Shown here: piece by piece, positions 52,770 to 61,717 of the stretch | Numbering within the stretch: position 1 is the stretch's first letter | Layout: each line of letters starts with the position of its first letter | Source: Anaerolineae bacterium | Lineage (GTDB): Bacteria > Chloroflexota > Anaerolineae > B4-G1 > SLSP01 | NCBI GenBank assembly: GCA_035420085.1 | Contig: DAOLUH010000003.1 | Span: 80,106 to 144,105, forward strand | Reading direction: 5' to 3' | DNA length: 64,000 nucleotides | Position numbers and translations under genes: made by a program | The notes under the pieces: model-generated | What the model was told of the DNA's origin: nothing | The model's database searches: none | Seen by the model: the letters and a program-made list of their open reading frames with translations, nothing else

Positions 52770-54176
52770 ATGAGAATCATCTGCCTGCTCGCTGTCCATC
52801 TACCGGTCCAGGTCGAACAGCAGGGTGGAGCACTGGACACCGTGCCGCTCATCGTCGGTGGACGCCCCTGGGACCCCGGCGCGGTGCTGGACTGCTCGCC
52901 GACTGCGATGTCTGCCGGGGTGCGCCTGGGAATGCGCCTGGCGCGCGCAGCGCAGGTATGCCCCGGCGCAATCTTCGTCCCGGCGCGGGAAGCCGTCTAC
53001 CGCGAAGCCCACGCCGCCCTGGAATCCACGCTACTTCAGCACACCGACCGCGTCGAGACGGCGGGATTGGGCTACCTGTTCGCCGACGTGTCCGATCTGC
53101 GTGTCCCTGCCGGGCGTGACCCTGCGCAGCCAGACGTCGAACTGGCCCGGTCGCTGGCGCGCGAGGTACAACAAGTCAGCCCTCTGGACGTCCGCATCGG
53201 CCTGGCTCCTCAACGTTTCACCGCCGAACAAGCCGCGCGCGCGGCCCGGCCTCACGGCTGGTGCCCGGTGCAGCCAGGACAGGAACGCACCTTTCTTTCC
53301 CCACTGCCCATCGAGACCCTGCCCCTCGACCCCGAAATGCACCGCCGCCTGCACCTGCTCGGCATTACGACGCTGGGCACACTGGCGGCGTTGCCTCGCG
53401 CAGCCATCGTGCGGCAGTTCGGCGCAGACGCCGGGCTGTTCCACGACCTGGCTGCCGGGCGCGATCCACGCGGCGTCTACCCCGATGCCCCGCCCCTGGT
53501 GGTGGAACGCAGCACGCTCTGCGAGCCACCGTTACGCGATGTCGCCCCCCTGATCGCGCGCGTGGCACGCCTGGGTGAAAGCGTGGCCACCGACCTGGCG
53601 CGGCGCAAGCATCAGGCGCAGGGGATGACGCTGACGCTCGAAGACGAGGCCGGAAAAACGCACATCGTTAGCACGGCCATCGAACCACCCACGGCAGACA
53701 TCGATCAACTCAAACGCCAGGCCGTGGGGCTGGCAATGCGTGTCACCCTCACACACGCCGTGATCCGCGTGACCCTGACACTGTACCCCCTGCGTCCGGC
53801 CTATCTGGCGGCAACGCAACTGGCTCTGTTCACTGCGCCTACCGACGCACGCGGGCGCGCTCTGCAGGAGACCTTGCGACGGCTGCGCCAACGCTTCGGT
53901 GAACTGATCGTCATCGTGGCGTCACTGCTGGCCCCGCCCGGCCCACGCGCGATCCAGACCACGCTCGACGCTGCCGGCCAACCCCTGGCCCTGGTGTGGG
54001 ACCAACGCTTTCACCCCGTCGCCCGCGTCTACGAGCACTGGCGCGAGCGACGGCGCTGGTGGACACAGCCCGTATTGCGCGACTACTACCGCGTCGAACT
54101 ACGTGATCATCAAGTCAAGATCGTGTTTCGCGACCTGGCCAGCGACTGTTGGTTCCTGGAACGGCGGTGGCGATGA
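52770..54176 (+). CDS. imuB: ImuB-like Y-family polymerase homolog (catalytic acidic residues not evident)
   Basis: Track ORF 52752..54176 uses a TTG start; ATG at 52770 (MRIICLLAVHLPVQVEQ) follows GGAG. Y-family layout, but 'AVHLP' replaces the usual DxD. Stop overlaps the dnaE2 start (ATGA). Confidence 0.7.
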   Translation: MRIICLLAVHLPVQVEQQGGALDTVPLIVGGRPWDPGAVLDCSPTAMSAGVRLGMRLARAAQVCPGAIFVPAREAVYREAHAALESTLLQHTDRVETAGLGYLFADVSDLRVPAGRDPAQPDVELARSLAREVQQVSPLDVRIGLAPQRFTAEQAARAARPHGWCPVQPGQERTFLSPLPIETLPLDPEMHRRLHLLGITTLGTLAALPRAAIVRQFGADAGLFHDLAAGRDPRGVYPDAPPLVVERSTLCEPPLRDVAPLIARVARLGESVATDLARRKHQAQGMTLTLEDEAGKTHIVSTAIEPPTADIDQLKRQAVGLAMRVTLTHAVIRVTLTLYPLRPAYLAATQLALFTAPTDARGRALQETLRRLRQRFGELIVIVASLLAPPGPRAIQTTLDAAGQPLALVWDQRFHPVARVYEHWRERRRWWTQPVLRDYYRVELRDHQVKIVFRDLASDCWFLERRWR

Positions 54177-57100
54177 TGTGCGCGCACTACATCGAACTAC
54201 ACGCCCATTCCAGCCACAGCTTGCTGGACGGCGTCGTCTCCCCGCAAAGTCTGGTCGCACACGCAGCGTCTCTTGGTATGCCCGCGCTGGCGCTCACCGA
54301 TCACGACGGGCTGTACGGGGCCGTGCCCTTCATCCGTGCGGCGGAAGCAGCGGGGGTCAAACCGCTGCTGGGCGCGGAGGTCACACTGGCCGACGGCGAC
54401 AGCACGGCGCACCTCACACTGCTGGCCGAGACTCCGCGCGGCTACGCCAACCTCTGCCAGCTCATTACCTTCGCGCATCGTGGACAGTCCAAAGGCACGG
54501 CGCGGCTGGCATTGTCCGACCTGGCCGAGCACACGGTGGGCCTCATTGCGCTGTCGGGATGCCGGCAAGGGGCTATCGTCAAACGGATCATCGCCGGAGC
54601 CTACGATGCAGCGTTGGAGATTGCGCAAGGCTACGCGCGCATCTTCGGGCCGGAGAGCTTCTTCATCGAAATCCAGCGCCACTACCATCCTGGCGAGATG
54701 CGCCTGCTCGGTCACCTGGTGGGCCTGGCCGACCGCCTGCGCCTGCCGGTGGTTGCTACGGGGGACGTCCACTACCTGTACCCCGAACAGCGCGAAGTCC
54801 ACGACATCCTCACCTGCATCCGTCATCACGTCACCCTGGAGGACGCGGGCGACCTGCTGCGGCCCAACGACGAATACCGTTTTCGTACCCCCGACGAAAT
54901 GGCAGCCTTGTTTGCCAACGTGCCGGCAGCGATCACGAACACGCGCGTCATCGCCGACCGCTGTGCTTCTGCGGCGACCTTCTTGCCAGGCGGTGCGCAA
55001 GTGTTGCCGGCGTTCCCCACACCGGACGGCAGCCCGGCGGCCACGTACTTGCGCCACCTGTGCCAGTCCGCACTACGCGCCTGTTACTTTAACTTCATAA
55101 AGCCACAGACGCAACTGGAACACGAGTTGAGCGTCATCCACGCGATGCACTTGGACGACTACTTCCTCACCGTGTGGGACATCGTGCGCTTTGCCCGCGA
55201 GCACGGCATCCGCTGCCAGGGCCGGGGCAGCGCGGCCAACTCGCTGGTGGCCTACCTGCTGGACATCACACCGATTGATCCATTGGCCGCCGACCTGGTG
55301 TTCGAGCGCTTCCTGTCGCCGGAACGCCGCAGCCCGCCCGACATTGACCTGGACATCGCCGCCGACCGCCGTGAGGAGGTCATCCAATACGTGATGCAGC
55401 GCTACGGCTCCGATCATGCGGCGATGGCTTGCACCTTGGTCACCTTCCACGCGCGTTCCGCTGTGCGCGACGTGGGCCGGGCGTTGGGCTTCCCTCCGGC
55501 ACTGCTGGAACGCCTGGTCGGCGCGCTGGACGTCAACGACCCGCAGAGTGTGACGGCGTCGCCCGCGCTGCAAACGGCAGTGGGCGCAGACCTGGACAGC
55601 CCTTTGTTCCAACACCTGCTGCGCCTCGTCCCGCAACTGGACGGCCTGCCGCGTCACCTGGGGATTCACAACGGCGGGATGGTGCTCTCCGGGCCGGCCT
55701 TGGATACGCTGATCCCCTTGGAACCGGCCACACTGCCGGGCCGGATCGTGACGCAGTGGGACAAGGAAGGCTTGGAAGACGCGGGCTACGTCAAGGTGGA
55801 TTTGCTGGGCCTGCGGATGCTCTCGGCCATCGAAGACGCGGTGTGCATCGTGGAAGCGTTGACCGGCGAGCGCCCTGAACTGGAACGGCTGACCTTCGAC
55901 GATCCCGCGGTCTACGAGATGTTGTGCCGCGGGGAGACCATCGGCGTATTCCAGTTGGAGAGCCGCGCGCAAGCAGAGTTGGTACGCAACTTCCGTCCCC
56001 AATGCTTCGCCGATCTGACGGTGGAGATCGCGCTGATCCGCCCCGGGCCACTGCAAGCCAACGTCGTGCGTCCCTATCTGCGGCGGCGTTATGGGCAAGA
56101 GCCGGTGCGCTACGTCCACCCCTTGCTCAAGCCGGCGTTGGCAGAAACCTTGGGGGTGATGATCTTCCAGGAACAGGCGTTGAAAGTCGCCCACGACCTG
56201 GCCGGGTTCACGCCTGGTGAAGCCGAGCAGTTGCGCCGCTGCCTGGGCCGCAAGCGCGCCGAGGAGACCTTGCAGCAGTTCAAGGCACAGTTCTTCGCCG
56301 GGGCGCAGGCCAACGGTGTGTCGTCAAAGATCATCGAGACGGTGTTCACCCAGATGCAGGCGTTTGGCAGCTATGCCTTTCCCAAGAGCCACGCAGCGGC
56401 CTTCGCCGTCCTCACCTATCACTCGGCGTGGCTGCGCTGTTATCACCCAGCAGCGTTCTTCGCCGGGCTGCTGCGCCACCAACCGATGGGCTTTTACTCG
56501 CCGCGGGTCATTGTGGACGAGGCGCGGCGCTGTGGAATACAGATTTTCGGCGCGGACGTGCAGGCATCGGACGTGTCCGCGACGGCGGACGGCAGCGGCA
56601 TCCGCCTGGGGCTGGCAACGGTCTCAGGCGTGGGCGAGAGCGGTGGGGCGCAGATCGTCGCCGCGCGGGAATACGGGCCGTTTACGTCGCTCATCGATTT
56701 CTGCCAGCGCACGCGCCTGGGGCGGCGCGCGGTCGAGGCGCTGATTCTGGGCGGGGCCTTCGACGGGTGGCGTATCCCACGGCGACAATTGGTGTGGGAC
56801 CTGGGAGCGGCAATGGAGACCATTGGTGGCCCACCGCAGTTGGACGTGGTTGAACCCGGGGTACGCCCGGCGTTCCCACGGGCGACCGATACCGAACGCC
56901 TGTGGATGGAAGTGACGACGACGGGGGTGACGGCGCAAGGCCACCTGGTACAGACCGTGGCGCAGACCTTGCGCGCGATGGGGGTAACGCCGGTGCAGGA
57001 GTTGACGCAGTGGCCGGACGGGACGAAGCTGCGGGTGGGCGGGGTGATCATTGCCCGGCAGCGTCCGCCGACAGCGCGAGGCACGGCGTTTATCGCGTTG

Positions 57101-57262
57101 GAAGACGAGGGTGGCGTGGTCAATGTGGTTCTACGTCCGGAGGTGTTTGCGGCGTATCGCGAGGTGTTACGGAGCCGGTTCGCGGTCGTCGAAGGAGTAT
57201 TGCAGTGGCAGGGCCGGGCGTGCAGTGTGGTGGGGGAAAGGGTGTTGGCGGTGGAGGGGTGA
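54173..57262 (+). CDS. dnaE2: error-prone DNA polymerase III alpha homolog DnaE2 (ImuC)
   Basis: Track ORF 54149..57262, trimmed to ATG at 54173 (MMCAHYIELHAHSSHSLLDG, PHP domain). 'DIDLDIA', 'FPKSHAAAFA'. C-terminal OB-fold region. Coupled to imuB. Confidence 0.9.
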   Translation: MMCAHYIELHAHSSHSLLDGVVSPQSLVAHAASLGMPALALTDHDGLYGAVPFIRAAEAAGVKPLLGAEVTLADGDSTAHLTLLAETPRGYANLCQLITFAHRGQSKGTARLALSDLAEHTVGLIALSGCRQGAIVKRIIAGAYDAALEIAQGYARIFGPESFFIEIQRHYHPGEMRLLGHLVGLADRLRLPVVATGDVHYLYPEQREVHDILTCIRHHVTLEDAGDLLRPNDEYRFRTPDEMAALFANVPAAITNTRVIADRCASAATFLPGGAQVLPAFPTPDGSPAATYLRHLCQSALRACYFNFIKPQTQLEHELSVIHAMHLDDYFLTVWDIVRFAREHGIRCQGRGSAANSLVAYLLDITPIDPLAADLVFERFLSPERRSPPDIDLDIAADRREEVIQYVMQRYGSDHAAMACTLVTFHARSAVRDVGRALGFPPALLERLVGALDVNDPQSVTASPALQTAVGADLDSPLFQHLLRLVPQLDGLPRHLGIHNGGMVLSGPALDTLIPLEPATLPGRIVTQWDKEGLEDAGYVKVDLLGLRMLSAIEDAVCIVEALTGERPELERLTFDDPAVYEMLCRGETIGVFQLESRAQAELVRNFRPQCFADLTVEIALIRPGPLQANVVRPYLRRRYGQEPVRYVHPLLKPALAETLGVMIFQEQALKVAHDLAGFTPGEAEQLRRCLGRKRAEETLQQFKAQFFAGAQANGVSSKIIETVFTQMQAFGSYAFPKSHAAAFAVLTYHSAWLRCYHPAAFFAGLLRHQPMGFYSPRVIVDEARRCGIQIFGADVQASDVSATADGSGIRLGLATVSGVGESGGAQIVAAREYGPFTSLIDFCQRTRLGRRAVEALILGGAFDGWRIPRRQLVWDLGAAMETIGGPPQLDVVEPGVRPAFPRATDTERLWMEVTTTGVTAQGHLVQTVAQTLRAMGVTPVQELTQWPDGTKLRVGGVIIARQRPPTARGTAFIALEDEGGVVNVVLRPEVFAAYREVLRSRFAVVEGVLQWQGRACSVVGERVLAVEG

Positions 57263-57297
57263 GGAGAAGACAGCAGATGTACGGCAGTAGATAACAA

Positions 57298-57344
57298 AGG
57301 GCGGACACGGAATTGTTCCCGTATCCACCCTTTTGTTTCTTTTT
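57298..57344. terminator. bidirectional intrinsic terminator between dnaE2 and the convergent GH13 gene
   Basis: AGGGCGGACACGG-aattgtt-CCCGTATCCACCCT, followed by TTTTGTTTCTTTTT on the plus strand and a T-rich run on the minus strand. Confidence 0.6.
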
Positions 57345-57362
57345 GGCCGCGCCGTCAGAGTG

Positions 57363-60146
57363 TCACCAGCAAGGGGAGGTTCGCCACAATCCTTTCCGCC
57401 GGACAAGGATGGCTATCCCCACCAGCGCCAGCAGCGCGCCGAATGGCCAGAGCTGCGGGTCTGGATGCGCGCCGATGACCGTGACGGCGGTAGGATCCGA
57501 CACGCCGCACGAAGATCGTCCAGCAGCGTTGTAGGCGCAGACCTGGTAATACGTCCCGCTGGCGGGGTTGGTCGTGGTGAAGGTCAACACGCCGTTGGGC
57601 GCGCCGAAATCGGGCAGCGTCACCGCGCCGATCTGGTTGCTGGTGTCTGGAGGAAAGTCGGAAGTGTTGCCGCTGTGAATCGTGTAGGCGAGCGCCAGTT
57701 CGCGCGTGCCGGTGGTATCGGTGATCACCGCCGGCCAACTCAGCAGGTCGGGACCGCTGTTCTCTGTGTAGGTGACGATCGGCATGGCCGGAATGTCGAT
57801 TTTGTTCTGCTCCAACAGCACCACACCCCACGTCGCATTGACCGGCACGCTTACCATGCCACCAGAGACTGTGTATGTGTTGCCCTCAATCGCATCGTAC
57901 AGCACTGTGCCATTGGCGAGATTGTAGGGCGCGGCATCCAGGTCGGTGAGATTGACCGTATGTTGGGCACTATCACGGTTGAGGATGATGAGCGCAGTCT
58001 GGCTGCCGGTGGTGCGCGCGAAGCCGTAGAGTTTATTGGCGTCGTCAATCACCAGGCCGTGCTGCACGTCGCCGGATTGCAGCGCAGGGTAGCTCCAGCG
58101 GATGCTCGCCATCTTGCGGGCGAAGGCCAGTGTGTCGGCGGCGGGGCTGTAGGCGCTGCCGGTCGCATCGGGCCAGGGGTAGGGTGCGCGGTTGTAGGGG
58201 GCGTCCTCCCACTTGTTGTTGGCCCACACCCCATCGTGGCTCAGTGCGACTTCGTCGCCGTAGTAAAGCGTCGGTGATCCGGGGTAGGTGAAGGAGAACA
58301 ACCACCATTCCTTCATCCGCTGAAGGGCCGCTCCGTCGTTATCGTTGTTGATCTTCTTGAGCAGGAAGCGCACGCGGTTGGTGTCGTGCGAGCCGGCCAG
58401 GTTCATCATCGCGTTGAAGGCCATCGGCGGATAGTCCTCTGCGATGGAGCGCAAGCGGGCGTTGAATTGCGAGGGGTTGAGGTAACTGATCGCGCCGCTG
58501 GAACTGCCGCTGTTGCTGTCATTGTCTTCAAACAGGGCGCCGCCGGTGCAACCGTTGCCGGAGCAGCCAGTGAATAGCCAGCCGAGTACCGCCGAGCGGA
58601 AGCGATAATTCATCACACTGTCCCATTCGTCGCCCAGCAGCAACCCGGAGGCGTCGCCCCACACTTCGCCGAGCAGCAATGTGTCGGTCTTGCCGGTCAC
58701 CCCTCCATCACGCACGGCGGCGCGGAAGCCTTCCCAGTAATCGTTGGTTGGGTCGGCGGTCACGCCGGGGTCCACGTCGTCGCCCACGTCGAAGCGCCAC
58801 CCGTCCGCGCCGTGGTAGGTCCAGTAGGGGCCGACGGAATTGAGGCCGTCATCCCAGATGAGAGCGCGCACCGCCGCGGAATTCGCCTGCAACTTGGGCA
58901 GCGAGCCGTAGCCCCACCAGGCGGAGTACGTTTGATTCCACGCGCCGCCGGGGTCGTCGCCGTCGTTGCCGTCACAACGATCGGTGAGGCCGGTAGCCGG
59001 CGAACCGCTGTCGGGGATGTAGAACCAACTGCGATAGGCGGAATTCGGGCTTTCGCACGCACCGGAGTTGTCGTCTGCACCTTCACTCAGGTTCACCAGC
59101 GCACCGCTGGCGTCGAACCGCTTGTAGCGGTCAAAGTATCGGCTATCCGACGAGGTGTGATTGAAAACGCCATCGAGGATCACCTTCATCCCGTGCGCGT
59201 GGGCCGCTGCCGTCAGCGCCTGGAAATCGGCGAACGTGCCGAAATCAGGATCGATCAGCAGAAAATCCGCCGTGTCGTATTTGTGATTCGATGGCGAGAA
59301 GAAGATGGGATTGAGATAAAGCACGCTCACGCCGAGCGCGTCGAAGTAGCCGGCGTTGATCTTCTCGGTAATCCCGGCCAGGTCGCCTCCGTAGAAATTG
59401 TCGCCGTACTTATCGGCGCAGGATGGCGTGTAGGTGCTGCGTGGATCGCAAACGACGCTATTCCAGTCGCCTTCGGCATCGTTGGAGCGTACAATCGTGC
59501 CGCTGGTGTTATACGAGAAGCGTCCGGCGGGAGGATTGTTGACCGGGTTGCCGTCGCGGAAGCGGTCGGGGAAGACCTGGTAGACGATACTCCCCTGCAC
59601 CCAATCGGGCACGGTAAAGGCGGAATCGTAAACGGTGATCTGGAAGCTTTTGTTGTCATTGTAGCCGTCACTCATCGCGCCATAACCGCCGCCGTAAAAT
59701 TGAGGATTGTCGTCGGTGTAGAAATCCTGATCGTTGCCATCGTTGATCTCGAAGAAATAGTACAGCACGGTCGTCTGCGCCCCAGCCGGAATGTCCACAA
59801 ACCACCAATCATAGGTTGTGGGATCGGTGTCGAAGCTGCCGTCCCAGGCCATGTTGTGATAGGTTTCCGTGTTGCTTCGATCATCCCACACCCGCACGCG
59901 CGCGCTGTCAATGTCACTCTGCTTGACACGTAAGCGTAATCTGACGGTCGTGGCGGGCGTCACCGGACCGCCGGGCGAACGATAGGCGTTATCGAAGGTA
60001 TCGTGCAGCACTTCGCCCCACTGGATGTTGTTATCTCCCGCCTGCGCGGGCGCTGGGCTTATCCAATCGACCGCAAAACCGATCAACAAGGCTGCCACCA
60101 ACCCCAAACGCGATAAAAACTGCCATAGCATCTCATAACGTTTCAT
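57363..60146 (-). CDS. secreted GH13 alpha-amylase-family glycoside hydrolase with C-terminal Ig/FN3-like domain and TM anchor
   Basis: Track ORF 57363..60173; likely start is ATG at 60146 (MKRYEMLWQFLSRLGLVAALLIG) after GAGGAG. GH13 regions 'VLYLNPIFFSPSNHKYDTADF', 'GWRFDVGDDV', 'LLGEVWGD', 'NLAGSHDTNR'. C-terminal 'LWPFGALLALVGIAILVRRKG'. Confidence 0.85.
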   Translation of the reverse strand: MKRYEMLWQFLSRLGLVAALLIGFAVDWISPAPAQAGDNNIQWGEVLHDTFDNAYRSPGGPVTPATTVRLRLRVKQSDIDSARVRVWDDRSNTETYHNMAWDGSFDTDPTTYDWWFVDIPAGAQTTVLYYFFEINDGNDQDFYTDDNPQFYGGGYGAMSDGYNDNKSFQITVYDSAFTVPDWVQGSIVYQVFPDRFRDGNPVNNPPAGRFSYNTSGTIVRSNDAEGDWNSVVCDPRSTYTPSCADKYGDNFYGGDLAGITEKINAGYFDALGVSVLYLNPIFFSPSNHKYDTADFLLIDPDFGTFADFQALTAAAHAHGMKVILDGVFNHTSSDSRYFDRYKRFDASGALVNLSEGADDNSGACESPNSAYRSWFYIPDSGSPATGLTDRCDGNDGDDPGGAWNQTYSAWWGYGSLPKLQANSAAVRALIWDDGLNSVGPYWTYHGADGWRFDVGDDVDPGVTADPTNDYWEGFRAAVRDGGVTGKTDTLLLGEVWGDASGLLLGDEWDSVMNYRFRSAVLGWLFTGCSGNGCTGGALFEDNDSNSGSSSGAISYLNPSQFNARLRSIAEDYPPMAFNAMMNLAGSHDTNRVRFLLKKINNDNDGAALQRMKEWWLFSFTYPGSPTLYYGDEVALSHDGVWANNKWEDAPYNRAPYPWPDATGSAYSPAADTLAFARKMASIRWSYPALQSGDVQHGLVIDDANKLYGFARTTGSQTALIILNRDSAQHTVNLTDLDAAPYNLANGTVLYDAIEGNTYTVSGGMVSVPVNATWGVVLLEQNKIDIPAMPIVTYTENSGPDLLSWPAVITDTTGTRELALAYTIHSGNTSDFPPDTSNQIGAVTLPDFGAPNGVLTFTTTNPASGTYYQVCAYNAAGRSSCGVSDPTAVTVIGAHPDPQLWPFGALLALVGIAILVRRKGLWRTSPCW

Positions 60147-60331
60147 CGTTGATCTCCTCGTTTGTCTCGCCAATTCTCGGGGGCGTATCGGATGCCCTTC
60201 TATGTCGTTGGCAAGATCATAGTATAATGTTTTGGCAGCCTGTCAAAACGAAACAGCGACATCTTAGCCGATCCAGACACCCGCCGCGACCAACAACCTG
60301 CGTAACACGGTCTGAGCTTGAGGAGGCTACA

Positions 60332-61576
60332 ATGGAAATCATAGATGCTCTCTACAAAAGGATGAAGTTCACGGCGCGAGATAAACGCCTGATTCAACGA
60401 CAACCCTTCACCGCAATCACACCTGGACCCATCGTGCATGACTTCAACGCGCTGCTGGATTACGTTGACGCGCATCCATTGGCCGTCACCGCGATGCAAC
60501 AACTGTCTCTGCGCGCCCTCCCAGAGATCAATGCCCGGCTGCACCGGCCCATCCAAATGGGCTTGCAGCGCCCGCAGCAGAAATCATACCCGGCCATCCA
60601 TGGCCTGTATCTCGTGCTGCGCGCCTCGGGCCTCACTTACCTCGATCAAACGCGCGCCAAACCGCATCTCTGTGTGGACGAAATGTTGTATGCTGCCTGG
60701 AAGGCGCTGAGCCCCACGGAACAATATTGCGCCCTCCTGGAAGCCTGGTTGTTGCGCGGCCATCCAGAAATCGTCGGTGAACGTGAACTTCCGTTCGCGT
60801 TGCCCGAAAACTACGCGAAGTGGTTCTACTTTTTCCAGCGATTGCCGCGCGAAGGCCGCGCCTACACATCCACAGAGGCCCAGACCGAACTCTCCTACAC
60901 TCCCGGTTGGCACAATCTGGGCCTGTTGGACCTGTTCGGTTGCATCGAGATCCAGGTGGGGTCGCCCGTCGCCGGGCAGGGGTGGCAGATAGCCCACCTC
61001 GACCGCACGCCCTTCGGCGAGGCCTTGTTGGCGCTGCTCGCCGCGACCTTTTTCGTTGCCGATGACCGGCGGTCGGATTTGTATAAAGTCACGCCACTTC
61101 CACCGGGAACGTTACAGCCGGCCCTGCGACCTTACATCCCCCAATGGGAACGGCTTCTGCCGTTGCCTGCCGAAGCGACCGTGCGAGACGGCGTTCACAT
61201 TTTTAAAGTCGCGTTGGGGAAAGACTGCTGGCGGCGACTGGCGTTGCCGGCGACATCCACGTTGGATGAACTCGCGCAGCTTATCCTGCACGCCTACGCG
61301 TTTGATAGCGACCATCTGTACCGGTTTTCCTATCAAAACCGGTATGGCAGGCTGTGCCACATCAACCATACTTACTTGGAAGAAGCCCCCTGGACGAGTG
61401 CAGTGCGTGTAGGCGAACTGCCGTTGGCGGTCGGGCAAACGATGACGTTTCTGTTCGATTTGAGCGATCAATGGGAATTCGAGGTCACGTTAGAAGCCGT
61501 GGACACCGATCCTACGGCTGCACAAGCGCCGCGCGTATTGGAACGTCGCGGTAAAGCGCCGCAACAATACACCTAG
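60332..61576 (+). CDS. plasmid pRiA4b ORF-3-like (MM3350/PF07929-like) domain protein
   Basis: Track ORF 60149..61576, trimmed to ATG at 60332 (AGGAGG at 60321-60326). C-terminal 'VHIFKVALGKDCWRRLALPATSTLDELAQLILHAYAFDSDHLYRFSY...MTFLFDLSDQWEFEVTLE' fits that family. Confidence 0.6.
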   Translation: MEIIDALYKRMKFTARDKRLIQRQPFTAITPGPIVHDFNALLDYVDAHPLAVTAMQQLSLRALPEINARLHRPIQMGLQRPQQKSYPAIHGLYLVLRASGLTYLDQTRAKPHLCVDEMLYAAWKALSPTEQYCALLEAWLLRGHPEIVGERELPFALPENYAKWFYFFQRLPREGRAYTSTEAQTELSYTPGWHNLGLLDLFGCIEIQVGSPVAGQGWQIAHLDRTPFGEALLALLAATFFVADDRRSDLYKVTPLPPGTLQPALRPYIPQWERLLPLPAEATVRDGVHIFKVALGKDCWRRLALPATSTLDELAQLILHAYAFDSDHLYRFSYQNRYGRLCHINHTYLEEAPWTSAVRVGELPLAVGQTMTFLFDLSDQWEFEVTLEAVDTDPTAAQAPRVLERRGKAPQQYT

Positions 61577-61597
61577 AAGGATAGCTGTCAGCGCGAA

Positions 61598-61629
61598 CAG
61601 CCCCTCAAACTTGAGGGGCTGTTTTTTTT
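61598..61629 (+). terminator. intrinsic terminator
   Basis: CAGCCCCTCAA-ac-TTGAGGGGCTG followed by TTTTTTTT. Confidence 0.8.
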
Positions 61630-61657
61630 GTTGCCTTGATCCGCACACGAGTGGCCC

Positions 61658-61703
61658 TCACCCGACTATGGGTGGCCCACATCACCCGACTATGGGTGGC
61701 CCA
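61658..61703. repeat. 22-nt unit TCACCCGACTATGGGTGGCCCA duplicated in tandem (24-nt period) next to the degenerate end of the CRISPR array
   Basis: Copies at 61658-61679 and 61682-61703. GTGGCCCA resembles the CGTGGCCCAG part of the CRISPR repeat. Confidence 0.6.
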
Positions 61704-61717
61704 TCACGGGCGGCATT

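Noticed and set aside
60199-60228. TATAAT at 60223-60228 as promoter for the pRiA4b ORF-3-like gene
   Set aside because: No acceptable -35 element lies at 16-19 nt spacing (TTGGCA is only 9 nt away) and there is no TG extension. It is too weak to call.
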